A DNA stretch of 64,000 nt, from contig JBKJIQ010000025.1 of the NCBI GenBank assembly GCA_046598395.1, positions 1,668-65,667 of the forward strand, given 5' to 3'. Source of the DNA: Acidimicrobiia bacterium. GTDB taxonomy: Bacteria; Actinomycetota; Acidimicrobiia; IMCC26256; JAENVU01. This document shows, one piece after another, positions 8,925-18,460 of the stretch. The position numbers were made by a program, and so were the translations under genes. Below the pieces are notes generated by a model. The model was not told the origin of the DNA, ran no database searches, and saw nothing but the letters and a program-made list of their open reading frames with translations. Position 1 is the stretch's first letter, and each line of letters opens with the position of its first letter.

Positions 8925-10112
8925 ATGTTGACCCGTCGGTTGCCGGTGGCGCTCGTTCCGGTGGTGCTCGGGCTCCTGTGGTTCGGACTCCTGACACCCA
9001 TTCCAACCGCCGCCGCGGTGGGAGCGCGGGTCTCGCCGCCGGCCGAGTTCGAAGCCGCCTCGAATGCCGAGCAGGTGGCAGTGGCCCAAGTTCAGGCCGC
9101 GCGGGTGCAGCGTTCGGTGCTGGAGGCGCGAGTGCAAGCGCTCAATATCCGCGTGGACGAGATGGGCGACCGGGCTCGACAACGCGCCACCGACCTCGCC
9201 CGCATCGACCAGGCCCAACGCAACGTGGAGGCTCGGCTGGTTCGGAGCCAACTGCGCGTGGCCCAGGCCAAAGCGCGTGCGCGTCGGGCTGCGGCCGCAA
9301 TGTATCGACGAGCGGGCGGTACCGCGCCTCCCATCGTGGCTCTCGCAACCGGTACCCGTTCCGTCCACGATGTCTCGGCGACCGAGCGATACCTCGGGGT
9401 GGTCGGCGAGCGGATCACGCGTGATGTGAACTCGGTGAAGGTCGCCCGGCGCATGGTGGTGCTGGCCCAGCGCCAGCTTCGGGCCCAGCGGCTCGATGTC
9501 GAACGGGCCGCCGTCGCCGCCCGTGCCGAACAGGATGCAGTAGTGGCGATCCGGGCCGAACAAGACCGGGCGTTGGAAGCGGCGCGAACCGCAGAAGTGC
9601 ATGAGACGCAGGTGCTGGCCGCGGCCACCGCTCGGCGGGTGGAGTTTGAACGGTCGATGGTGGTGGCACAGGCAGCCTCGGGCACGATCGAAAGCATCCT
9701 GCGCGCTCGTCCGGGTTCGGGTGTGGCACCAACCCATTTCCAGTTCCCGGCCGATGGTCCGGTGACCTCGGGCTTCGGACCGCGGCTGCATCCGATCTTC
9801 CACACACTGCGTATGCATACCGGGATCGACATCGGCGCGGGCTTCGGCGCTTCGGTCCATGCCGGTGCGGGCGGGGTGGTGGTCCTCGCGGGGCCGGCCT
9901 CGGGCTACGGCAACGCCGTGGTCATCGACCATGGCGGTGGTACGGCAACGCTCTACGGACATCTCTCCCGGTTCGAGACCAAGGTGGGCCAGAGCGTGAC
10001 CGCTGGGCAGAAGGTGGGTGCCGTGGGCAACACCGGGAACTCGACGGGCCCCCACCTGCACTTCGAAGTGCGTCTGCGGGGGGTCCCCGTGGACCCGATG
10101 CCCTACCTCTGA
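8925..10112 (+). CDS. coiled-coil M23 (LytM) family peptidase, EnvC/RipC-like partner position
   Basis: Signal or TM segment MLTRRLPVALVPVVLGLLWFGLL, then a long Ala/Arg/Gln-rich coiled-coil region. C-terminal M23 motifs HTGIDIGA...GNTGNSTGPHLHFEV. The track start at 8676 overlaps ftsX. Confidence 0.85.
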   Translation: MLTRRLPVALVPVVLGLLWFGLLTPIPTAAAVGARVSPPAEFEAASNAEQVAVAQVQAARVQRSVLEARVQALNIRVDEMGDRARQRATDLARIDQAQRNVEARLVRSQLRVAQAKARARRAAAAMYRRAGGTAPPIVALATGTRSVHDVSATERYLGVVGERITRDVNSVKVARRMVVLAQRQLRAQRLDVERAAVAARAEQDAVVAIRAEQDRALEAARTAEVHETQVLAAATARRVEFERSMVVAQAASGTIESILRARPGSGVAPTHFQFPADGPVTSGFGPRLHPIFHTLRMHTGIDIGAGFGASVHAGAGGVVVLAGPASGYGNAVVIDHGGGTATLYGHLSRFETKVGQSVTAGQKVGAVGNTGNSTGPHLHFEVRLRGVPVDPMPYL

Positions 10113-10113
10113 G

Positions 10114-10749
10114 CTATTTCCCGGGTTGAGGAACCCACCGCAGGTACGGCTTCTCGGCCCGGAAACCTTCGGGGAACTTCTCCTTGGCGGCATCGTCGGA
10201 GACCGACATGGCAATGATCACGTCATCGCCGGACTTCCAGTCGACCGGCGTTGCCACCGAGTAACCCGCAGTCAACTGGATCGAGTCGATGACGCGGAGA
10301 AGCTCATCGATGTTGCGGCCGGTGGTCTGGGGGTAGGTGAGCGTGAGCTTCACTTTCTTGTCCGGGCCGATCACGAAGACCGAACGGACGGTGACCTTCT
10401 CGTTCATCGCCGGGTGGATCATGTCGTAGAGCTCGGCGACCTTGCGTTCCGGGTCTGCGATGAGTGGGTAGTTGAGCGCCGTGCCCTTCACGTCAGCAAT
10501 ATCGGGTGCCCACGCCTTGTGGGACTCGATGCCGTCAACGGAGAGGCCGATGAGCTTGGTGTTCCGGGCATCGAACTCGCTCTTTCGCTTCGCGAGTTCG
10601 CCGAGCTCCGTGGTGCACACCGGGGTGAAGTCGGCGGGATGCGAGAACAGGAGTCCCCAGCTGTCGCCGAGGTAGCTATGCAGGGAAAGGGTGCCGTCGG
10701 TGGTCTCCGCGGTGAAATCGGGAGCCTCGTCGCCGAGTCGGAGCGTCAT
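10114..10749 (-). CDS. 1-Cys peroxiredoxin (Prx6-type)
   Basis: MTLRLGDEAPDFTAETTDG...LFSHPADFTPVCTTE active-site motif. About 211 aa from the ATG at 10749. The longer track ORF has a non-protein-like N-terminus. Confidence 0.9.
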   Translation of the reverse strand: MTLRLGDEAPDFTAETTDGTLSLHSYLGDSWGLLFSHPADFTPVCTTELGELAKRKSEFDARNTKLIGLSVDGIESHKAWAPDIADVKGTALNYPLIADPERKVAELYDMIHPAMNEKVTVRSVFVIGPDKKVKLTLTYPQTTGRNIDELLRVIDSIQLTAGYSVATPVDWKSGDDVIIAMSVSDDAAKEKFPEGFRAEKPYLRWVPQPGK

Positions 10750-10935
10750 GGGAATACCTCGTTCGTGAGTGGCACGGGGTCGTAACCTCCACGACGTTAG
10801 CGGGCGGGCGAGCCCAAAGTCGAGTGAAATGATCAGGAATAGGCATCGACACTGACGACGTTGCTTCCGACACGCCTGAGATTCCATCTCGTTCGAGTTG
10901 ACTCGGGGCCGAGAACGCGCTCGGATGAGTGGCGC

Positions 10936-11352
10936 ATGGCGGGGTACTCGGGGACACCATTGCCCAAGAAGTTGGGCATCAGGGACGGCGCAACGGTCGC
11001 GTTACTCGCGGCTCCGAACGGATTCGAACGCGCACTCACGCCGCTGCCCGACGATGTGGAAGTCCGGACCCAAGCCCGCGGGAAGCTGGACGTCATCGTC
11101 TTCTTCGCAACTCGTGAACGCGAGCTGGCGCGCCGCTTTCCGGTGATGGCGCGCGCGTTGCAACCCGCAGGCGGGCTGTGGGTCGCGTGGCCGAAGAAGA
11201 CCAGTTGCATCGCCACGGACCTCACATTTGATCCGGTGCAAGAGATCGGTCTCGACTGCGGACTGGTCGACAACAAGGTCTGCGCGATCGATGAAACATG
11301 GTCCGCACTTCGGTTCGTCTACCGGGTGGCCGATCGCCCGGGGTTGCGCTGA
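10936..11352 (+). CDS. DUF3052 family protein
   Basis: MAGYSGTPLPKKLGIRDGATVALL...LWVAWPKK pattern matches the DUF3052 family as I recall it. Confidence 0.65.
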   Translation: MAGYSGTPLPKKLGIRDGATVALLAAPNGFERALTPLPDDVEVRTQARGKLDVIVFFATRERELARRFPVMARALQPAGGLWVAWPKKTSCIATDLTFDPVQEIGLDCGLVDNKVCAIDETWSALRFVYRVADRPGLR

Positions 11353-11355
11353 CCG

Positions 11356-12060
11356 GTGTGTGGTCGGTTCGTCCAGGCGAGTTCCCCCACCCTGCTGGCC
11401 GAACACTTTGACGTCGACGAAGTAGTCCTCGGTGAGCCGCCGCCGCCCCGCTACAACGTGGCGCCGCGCACCGATGTTCTGACCATCACCGGCCGCGAAG
11501 GTGTCCGCCGGATGGAACCGATGCGGTGGGGCCTGGTTCCGTCATGGGCGCCGGACGTGAGCATCGGTGACAAGTTGACGAACGCACGCGCGGAAACGGT
11601 GGCGGAGAAGCCGGCGTTCAAGGCCGCGTTCGAACGGCGACGGTGCATCATTCCGGCCGACGGCTTCTATGAGTGGCAGGCCGCGCCGGGACCGAAGAAG
11701 CAACCGATGTATATCCACGCACGCGCCGGCGATCCGCTCGCGTTCGCAGGGTTGTGGGAGTTCTGGCGTCCCCATGACCAGCCCGAAGCGGCATGGATGC
11801 GCAGCTGTGTGATCGTGACCACCGCGGCGAATGCCCTGATGACACCCGTCCACGATCGCATGCCGGTGATGCTCGCGAAAGCCGACTGGGAACACTGGTT
11901 GGACGGCCAGTTCGACCACACGGCCGCGCTCACCGATCTCCTGGTGCCCGCGCCGGAGAAGCTCCTCGAACTCTGGCCGGTGAGCACTCGCGTGAACTCG
12001 GCCCGCAACGACGACGAGCGATTGATCCTTCGCGAAGATCCACTCACACTGTTCCCGTGA
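11356..12060 (+). CDS. SOS response-associated peptidase (SRAP/YedK family, abasic-site DNA crosslinking protein)
   Basis: N-terminal MCGRF with catalytic Cys2, plus the RYNVAPR and PVILxxxxWxxWL-like (PVMLAKADWEHWL) motifs. Confidence 0.88.
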   Translation: MCGRFVQASSPTLLAEHFDVDEVVLGEPPPPRYNVAPRTDVLTITGREGVRRMEPMRWGLVPSWAPDVSIGDKLTNARAETVAEKPAFKAAFERRRCIIPADGFYEWQAAPGPKKQPMYIHARAGDPLAFAGLWEFWRPHDQPEAAWMRSCVIVTTAANALMTPVHDRMPVMLAKADWEHWLDGQFDHTAALTDLLVPAPEKLLELWPVSTRVNSARNDDERLILREDPLTLFP

Positions 12061-12106
12061 ACTGACCCCGACGTCTCGCAACACGCGCCCTCTAAGGTCG
12101 TAGTTC

Positions 12107-12850
12107 ATGGAGCATGTCGAGTTTCTTGATGTCATCTCGCGCGAGGCCAATGTGCTCGCGGCCGCGGCCCGTTCCGTCGGGCCGGATGCAGCCGTTCCCG
12201 CGACGCCGGAGTGGACGATGGCCAAGCTCGTGAAGCACACCGGCACCACGCACCGCTGGGTGATGGCCGTTGCCGCGGCCCGCGAGTTTGCGAATCCGGG
12301 CGATCTCGACCTCGGGCTGCCCGAAGATGATGGCGCGTATCCCGACTGGTTCGAAGCGGGCGCGGCCACGTTGGTCGCCACGTTGGCCGGAATGGATCCC
12401 GACTCTGCCATGTGGTCGTGGGGACCGGACCAGCATGTTCGGTTCTGGTCGCGGCGTATGGCGCACGAGACGGTGATTCACCGGTGGGACGCGCAGAGCG
12501 CGACCGGTACCTCCGATGCAATCGAGCTCACGCTTGCGCTCGATGGCATCGACGAGCGGCTGGAGAATCTCTCTGCGTCACTGGGTCACGGTCCGCTGGG
12601 CCCGCAAGCCTTGCAAGGCGGCAGCGAGACGGTTCACCTCCATGCGACCGACGGCGACGGCGAATGGCTGCTCCAGTTTGGACCGGAGGGCATCACCGTG
12701 AGTCGCGAGCACGCGAAGGGCGACGTCGCCGTGCGCGGACCTGCGAGCGATCTCCTGCTGTACCTCGTCGGACGCCGCGGTCTCGAAGGCTTCGAGATCT
12801 TCGGCGACGAGTCCGTCCTCGCCGCCCGCGATGCCATCAGGAGTTTCTAA
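12107..12850 (+). CDS. maleylpyruvate isomerase family, mycothiol-dependent (DinB-like) protein
   Basis: KHTGTTHRWV...RRMAHETVIHRWD metal-binding pattern of the actinobacterial MDMPI/DinB fold family. Confidence 0.65.
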   Translation: MEHVEFLDVISREANVLAAAARSVGPDAAVPATPEWTMAKLVKHTGTTHRWVMAVAAAREFANPGDLDLGLPEDDGAYPDWFEAGAATLVATLAGMDPDSAMWSWGPDQHVRFWSRRMAHETVIHRWDAQSATGTSDAIELTLALDGIDERLENLSASLGHGPLGPQALQGGSETVHLHATDGDGEWLLQFGPEGITVSREHAKGDVAVRGPASDLLLYLVGRRGLEGFEIFGDESVLAARDAIRSF

Positions 12851-12875
12851 GGACCCCAGTGTCCCGTTGCGCGGG

Positions 12876-13874
12876 TTAAGTGTCGAGGCGATAGACGCGG
12901 GTTGCGGTGCCACGGAACATGGCGTCGCGTTCCGACTCGGAGAACGGAGCGGCAATTTTCTTGAGCCCGTTCCACAACACCCGGTACGACAGGGACAAGC
13001 GGTCGACGGGGAAGTTTGATTCGAACATGCAGCGCTCGGGTCCAAAGCATTCGATGGTGTGCAGGTAATACCGGGCCTGCGCCGCCACGAACTCGTCCGA
13101 CGTCGGCGGTCGTGCTGCGGTGTGCCAACCGAAGCCGTTGTCAGGCATCGCCATCCCGCCGAGTTTCGCGACGACGTTGTCGCACTTGGCGATCTCCGCG
13201 ATGTCGACCCTCCACGCTTCGAAGATTTCGTCACGCCGATTCGCGTACACACCGACACCCAGCGGTGTCCCGAAATGGTCGAGCACCATGAGCGTGTCCG
13301 GAACGGCGCGCGCAAGATCGGCGAAGTCGGCATTCTGGTGGTGGTAATGCCACGAGTCGTAGGTGAGTCCGCGTGCGCCGAGTCGAGCCACACCAGCACG
13401 GAACGCCGGGTCGGCGAAGAGTCCCTCGGGCGCGTCGCCAGGGATCGTCAATGCCTCGGGATGCGGGTCGCGTGCACCGGCATCGCGGATTCCTCGGAAC
13501 CGACCCCCGCCGAGTTCGGTGTGTTGGTCGAGAAGGTCATCGAGGTGGTCGGCGTCGGTGAGATTCACGTGCGCCACGATTCCGCCGATCAAACCCTGGA
13601 GGTCGCCGAGCGCGACGGCGGCGACGAACTCCGTTTCGCCGAGTGAGCGGAGATGTTCCGGACCGTCGGTGCGGTAGGACGATCGGCACTCGATGAACAC
13701 GGTCCGCTCGATTAGGTGGCCGCTCCCCGCGTCGGCGGTGAGATCAGCGATGCCGTAGGGCAACGGCCCACCAACGGGCCACAGATGATGATGCGGATCC
13801 ACGATCCGTTGCGCGGGATCAATGGCCTCCTCCGCCACGAGGTCCAACCAAGCTTGCGTCATCGGTTCCGGCAT
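12876..13874 (-). CDS. amidohydrolase family protein (amidohydrolase_2 type)
   Basis: The N-terminal IVDPHHHLW motif and ~330 aa length are typical of PF04909-type metal-dependent hydrolases. Confidence 0.7.
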   Translation of the reverse strand: MPEPMTQAWLDLVAEEAIDPAQRIVDPHHHLWPVGGPLPYGIADLTADAGSGHLIERTVFIECRSSYRTDGPEHLRSLGETEFVAAVALGDLQGLIGGIVAHVNLTDADHLDDLLDQHTELGGGRFRGIRDAGARDPHPEALTIPGDAPEGLFADPAFRAGVARLGARGLTYDSWHYHHQNADFADLARAVPDTLMVLDHFGTPLGVGVYANRRDEIFEAWRVDIAEIAKCDNVVAKLGGMAMPDNGFGWHTAARPPTSDEFVAAQARYYLHTIECFGPERCMFESNFPVDRLSLSYRVLWNGLKKIAAPFSESERDAMFRGTATRVYRLDT

Positions 13875-13899
13875 GGGGATCGTTCTCCTGTCGAGCGGT

Positions 13900-14880
13900 T
13901 TACGGCTTCAACTTCGCGAGCGCGCGCATTGTCGTTCGGGTAGTCGGGGGGTCGGAGATGATCATCGGCGCGGGGGTGGTGACGCCATTGTCGGCATACG
14001 CGCGCACACCCTCGGCACATTGCTCCGGTGAGCCCCACACGATGAGCTCGTCGAGCACGTGGTCGGGGACGGCCTCGGTCGCTGCGGCGCGGTCGCCCGC
14101 TTTCCATGCATCCCACATCGGTTGCAGCGCATCCCCGCGGCCGATCCACTCGTGGAACGCGGCGTAGACGGGAACGTTCAGGTACGCGGTGATCATCCGC
14201 CGGCCGATACCCCGCACGGTGTCACGATCCTCGGTGGGGATCACGAAGATTCGTGCCGCGATCTCTTTGCCTTCACCCACGATGGGCGCCACGGTCTGCA
14301 CGTCGGTGGCGGAGAGCCAGTTGACGATGGCGCCGTCGGCTTCGCGGCCCGCCAGCTTCAACATGCCTTCGCGGAGCGCCGCGACGAGGATGGTGGGGGG
14401 TTCCGGAAGCCGTACTCCGAGGCGGAATCCCTTCACCGAGAAGGTCTCGTAGTCGGCGGTGACCTTCTCGCCGGCGAGCGCGGCGTGCAGGAACCGGAGT
14501 GTGTCGCGGACTCGTTGATACGGGGCCTCGAAGGGGATGCCGTTCCACCGCTCGACGATCACATTGCTCGACGATCCGATGCCGAGGACCGCTCGACCCG
14601 GGGCGATATCGGCGAGCGTCGCGATCGACTGTGCCAACAGTGCCGGCCCGCGGGTGTACACCGGCACGATCGCCTGCCCGAGGCGCAGTGTGGGCGCCCA
14701 CACCGCGGCCAGAACCAAGGGGGTGAACGCGTCGGTGCCGTCGGTCTCTGCCGACCACACGTCAGTGAAACCCAGCGCTTCGAGTTCGATCAGCCACTCT
14801 TTGTGTTCCATGAGCGGCACGCCCGCGAGCGGAATCGTGATGCCCCAACGTTGCGGGACGGTGGTCGGCGAGTTGTTCAT
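13900..14880 (-). CDS. LLM class (luciferase-like) F420-dependent oxidoreductase
   Basis: MNNSPTTVPQRWGITIPL...LGFTDVWSAE...LGIGSS pattern. The ATG at 14880 overlaps the stop of the upstream thioesterase gene (ATGA). The track start at 15036 is implausible. Confidence 0.7.
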   Translation of the reverse strand: MNNSPTTVPQRWGITIPLAGVPLMEHKEWLIELEALGFTDVWSAETDGTDAFTPLVLAAVWAPTLRLGQAIVPVYTRGPALLAQSIATLADIAPGRAVLGIGSSSNVIVERWNGIPFEAPYQRVRDTLRFLHAALAGEKVTADYETFSVKGFRLGVRLPEPPTILVAALREGMLKLAGREADGAIVNWLSATDVQTVAPIVGEGKEIAARIFVIPTEDRDTVRGIGRRMITAYLNVPVYAAFHEWIGRGDALQPMWDAWKAGDRAAATEAVPDHVLDELIVWGSPEQCAEGVRAYADNGVTTPAPMIISDPPTTRTTMRALAKLKP

Positions 14881-15698
14881 GGCTTGGGTGCCTCCGTGGG
14901 GTCGTCGCGCCAGCTGCGCACGATGGTGGATTGACTTGCAGTGCCGAGCAGCGTGCCGTCCTGGGCCCAGAGGTGAACGAGTCCATGACCGAAGCCGTCC
15001 GCAACGGCCTGCACCCGAATGTCGGCAAGGATCCATTCTGTGGGGACTCGCCGCGCCACGCGCAATGTGTTGTCGAGACTGTTGCCACCTGCGCGCTTCC
15101 CGAGTGCTTGAGAGATGCCGAACGGGACGTAGTCACCCACGATGGAGAGCGTTGCCGCGGAGAGTTCGAGGAGGCCCGGGAGCCGGACCCACAGCGCACA
15201 CCGTCCGGAACCGGGCGTGCCGTCGAGCTCGTCGAAGGTGCGAGCGTCGGCCATTCGCATGTCGATGCGATCCATGATCGAACCCTCATGGCGTTCCATC
15301 AGCTCGCGGGCTCGACAGTCCATCGGTGCGGGAACAACGGGCATCTCGGCCCACTCGCCCTCGTGTGGGACGTCGCGATAGCCGAGGGCCGCGTTGACCG
15401 TCAGGATCTCGTCGCCGTCGACGGTCGCCACCGCGCGGGCCTGAGAGATCTGATGACCCCGCACCACCTCGTCGATGCGAATGTCGAGCACGGCGGGTGG
15501 CCGGGCGTAGGAGAGGTATTGACCCGTCGCCCACACGAGCGGCCGGCCCGTGAATTGTTCGAGGGCCTCCACACAGGCGCCAAGTCCGCAGCCGCCGAAG
15601 AGCGCGCCGAGGCCGGAGCACAGCGTGGGCACCACCGGCAACCGCCAATGGGCGGGATCGTCGGTCGGTTCCATTCCGTAGAAGGCCACTGCGTCCAT
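14877..15698 (-). CDS. acyl-CoA thioesterase, TesB-like double hotdog
   Basis: 273 aa with two hotdog-like halves. N-terminal ...WRLPVVPTLCSG..ALFGG... resembles the thioesterase II family. Confidence 0.55.
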   Translation of the reverse strand: MDAVAFYGMEPTDDPAHWRLPVVPTLCSGLGALFGGCGLGACVEALEQFTGRPLVWATGQYLSYARPPAVLDIRIDEVVRGHQISQARAVATVDGDEILTVNAALGYRDVPHEGEWAEMPVVPAPMDCRARELMERHEGSIMDRIDMRMADARTFDELDGTPGSGRCALWVRLPGLLELSAATLSIVGDYVPFGISQALGKRAGGNSLDNTLRVARRVPTEWILADIRVQAVADGFGHGLVHLWAQDGTLLGTASQSTIVRSWRDDPTEAPKP

Positions 15699-15838
15699 CG
15701 AGGGAACCTACCTGCCTGTCGGCTCGTCCGGTCTGTTGGCTCGTCTGGCTTTTGAGGGAACGGGTTGGTCCCCGGGTTTCTTCGGGAATGGGTTGGTGTT
15801 GTAATTCATGCCATCGATTCCACAGAAAGGATTTGACG

Positions 15839-16678
15839 ATGAGTGAGCGCACGGTGACGGCGACGATTCAGGCGAGCCAGCAACTCGAGGGCGCGGGGTT
15901 CGAGGTACGTCGCCCCTTCCCCACGCCGCGGCTCTCGCTGGTCGATCCGTTCCTGCTGCTCGACGAGATGGGACCAATGGAGCTGGCGCCCGGCCAGGGC
16001 AAGGGCGCGCCGGACCATCCGCATCGTGGGTTCGAGACGGTTACCTACATGATCGCGGGCGCAACCGAGCATGAGGACTCCGCGGGTAACGCGGGGCGCA
16101 TCGGCCCCGGTGGAGTCCAGTGGATGACCGCGGGCTCGGGCGTGATCCATTCGGAGATGCCGGGCCGCGAGTTGCTCACCGACGGCGGTCGCATGCACGC
16201 ATTCCAACTCTGGGTCAACCTGCCCGCCGCGCAGAAGATGACCCCGCCGCGCTATCAAGAGTTCCTCGCGACGCAGATTCCCATCGTAGAAGACCACGGG
16301 GTGATCGTGCGGGTGATCGCGGGCGCCTACGGCGGAGCCACCGGTCCCGTGGAGACGCACTCGGCGGTCACCTACCTGCACGTGACGCTGCCACCGGGAC
16401 GGGAGGTGCGGGTGGAGGTCCCGGCGACGCATACCGCGATGGCCTACACGTTCGCGGGTGAGGGTGATGGCACGCTGCGGGTCTACGGCGATGATGGTGA
16501 CGAGGTAGTTCTGGTGAATCAGGGTTCGATCCCGAGTGAACATCTGGTGCTCGCCGGCGAGCCGCTTCGGGAACCCGTGGCCCGTTACGGACCGTTCGTG
16601 ATGAACACGAACGCCGAAATCGAGCAAGCCATCGACGACTACCGCACGGGAAACCTCGGTGCCATCATCCGTGCATGA
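15839..16678 (+). CDS. pirin family protein
   Basis: GFEVRRPFP...DPFLLLDEMGP...HPHRGFETVTYM...GGVQWMTAGSGVIHSE cupin motifs. The ATG at 15839 is preferred over the track start at 15752. Confidence 0.9.
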   Translation: MSERTVTATIQASQQLEGAGFEVRRPFPTPRLSLVDPFLLLDEMGPMELAPGQGKGAPDHPHRGFETVTYMIAGATEHEDSAGNAGRIGPGGVQWMTAGSGVIHSEMPGRELLTDGGRMHAFQLWVNLPAAQKMTPPRYQEFLATQIPIVEDHGVIVRVIAGAYGGATGPVETHSAVTYLHVTLPPGREVRVEVPATHTAMAYTFAGEGDGTLRVYGDDGDEVVLVNQGSIPSEHLVLAGEPLREPVARYGPFVMNTNAEIEQAIDDYRTGNLGAIIRA

Positions 16679-17526
16679 GTGACTATGCGACGACGGTGTT
16701 GGTGGAGGGGTTGCGGTTTCCGGAGGGGCCGCGGTGGCACGACGGCCGATTGATCTTCTCGGATCAGCATGACGCCATCGTGTGGTCGCTCACGACCGAT
16801 GGGACGCTCACGAAATTGGTGGAGGTTCCCCATCGGCCGTCAGGGCTCGGTTGGGATCCGCAGGGACGGATGCTCATCGTGTCCATGGACGACCGTCGAC
16901 TGTTGCGCTTCGACGGCGAGACCCTCACGGAGGTGGCCGACCTGGGCGCGCTCGCAGCCTGGCACTGCAACGACATGGTGGTAGACCGATTAGGCCGGGC
17001 GTACGTCGGGAACTTCGGGTTCGATATCGATACGCCCGGCACGGCCCCCGTGACGGTTCCCTTGATTCGCGTCGACTCCGATGGAACGATCCATCGAGCG
17101 GCGGAGGACCTTCGGTTCCCCAATGGAACCGTGATCACATCCGACGGCACCACGCTCATCGTCGGTGAGAGTTTCGGTGGCTGTCTCACCGCATTCGATG
17201 TTGCCGCCGATGGCACACTCTCGAACCGGCGCCTGTGGGCCCAGCTCGAGGGTGCGGTCCCCGACGGAATCTGTCTCGACGCGGAGGGCGCGATCTGGTC
17301 GGCCTGCCCGCTGTCGGGGCGAGTGCTGCGGGTGCTGGAAGGGGGAGCGGTCACCGATGTCGTGACGGTGGATCGTCAGGGTGCGTATGCGTGCATGCTC
17401 GGAGGTACGAGTCGAACCACTCTGTTCATCTGTACCGCGGACGCGAGCAATCCTGCCGAAACCGGTGTGATGCGGGGCGCCATCGAAGTGTGCGAGGTCA
17501 ACATCGCCGGCGCCGGGCTGCCGTAG
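16675..17526 (+). CDS. SMP-30/gluconolactonase/LRE family protein
   Basis: LRFPEGPRWHDGRLIFSD and RFPNGTVITSDGTTLIVGES beta-propeller lactonase motifs. ATGA overlap with the pirin stop. Confidence 0.8.
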   Translation: MSDYATTVLVEGLRFPEGPRWHDGRLIFSDQHDAIVWSLTTDGTLTKLVEVPHRPSGLGWDPQGRMLIVSMDDRRLLRFDGETLTEVADLGALAAWHCNDMVVDRLGRAYVGNFGFDIDTPGTAPVTVPLIRVDSDGTIHRAAEDLRFPNGTVITSDGTTLIVGESFGGCLTAFDVAADGTLSNRRLWAQLEGAVPDGICLDAEGAIWSACPLSGRVLRVLEGGAVTDVVTVDRQGAYACMLGGTSRTTLFICTADASNPAETGVMRGAIEVCEVNIAGAGLP

Positions 17527-17565
17527 CCGTCACGAGAACTGGTTGGCGCAGGCGTTGCGAGCCCG

Positions 17566-18411
17566 TCAGTCGGCGCTCGGAGTGAGATCCAACATCTGGG
17601 GCTGCGTTCCGTGGACGGCTTCCTGGTGCCGGGCCGAGATCGCTCCGGCGTGCGCCGGATCCGACAGCACGAAGAACCGGTTGGTGTGAATCGCCTCGAG
17701 CACTTCCGTCGCGTACCAATCGGGGTCTTTGCCGTTGTCGACGAGTTGGCGAATGAACGATTCCGCACCGGCATCAGGCATGGGATTCGGACCGAGGTGC
17801 TCCGGCCACAATCGTCCCGACTCCGCGATCCGCGTCCGGAGGAAAGCCGGACACAAGACACTGACACCCACGCCCGACTTCGTCATCGTCAGCTCGTGGG
17901 CGAGGCACTCCGAGATACCCACGACCGCGTGCTTCGTCGCCACGTAGGCCGACATGAATGGTGATCCCTTGAGGCCCGCAAGCGACGCGGTATTGACGAA
18001 GTGACCCTCACCCTGCTCGATCAGCTTGGGCGCGAAGCTCCGAATCCCATGGATCACGCCGTGAAGGTTCGCGGCGAAGGTCCATTCCCAGCTGGCGAGC
18101 GGGACCTCCCATGTCAGTCCGGGCGCACCGCCGACGCCTGCGTTATTGCAGACGATGTGAGCCGTGCCGAATCGATCGAACGTGGCTGCGGCAAGCGCGT
18201 CGACGGCGTTCGCGTCGGCGACGTCGCAGTGAACGTCGAGAACTTCGGTCCCTTCGGCGCGCAAGCGCGCGGCGGCGGTTTCGAGCGCCGGTGCTTCGAG
18301 GTCGGCCAACACGAGGTGCATGCCCTGCGCGGCGAACGCTTTGGCGAGGGAGAAGCCGATACCACTCGCGCCGCCCGTGATGACCGCGACCTTGCCGGTG
18401 AACTGATGCAT
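17566..18411 (-). CDS. SDR family oxidoreductase
   Basis: TGGASGIG cofactor motif, NNAG, and catalytic YVATKHAV (YxxxK). Confidence 0.9.
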   Translation of the reverse strand: MHQFTGKVAVITGGASGIGFSLAKAFAAQGMHLVLADLEAPALETAAARLRAEGTEVLDVHCDVADANAVDALAAATFDRFGTAHIVCNNAGVGGAPGLTWEVPLASWEWTFAANLHGVIHGIRSFAPKLIEQGEGHFVNTASLAGLKGSPFMSAYVATKHAVVGISECLAHELTMTKSGVGVSVLCPAFLRTRIAESGRLWPEHLGPNPMPDAGAESFIRQLVDNGKDPDWYATEVLEAIHTNRFFVLSDPAHAGAISARHQEAVHGTQPQMLDLTPSAD

Positions 18412-18460
18412 GAGGAATTCCTTGGTTGTATTGGGAACGAGGGGGTGGGTGTATCGAGTT

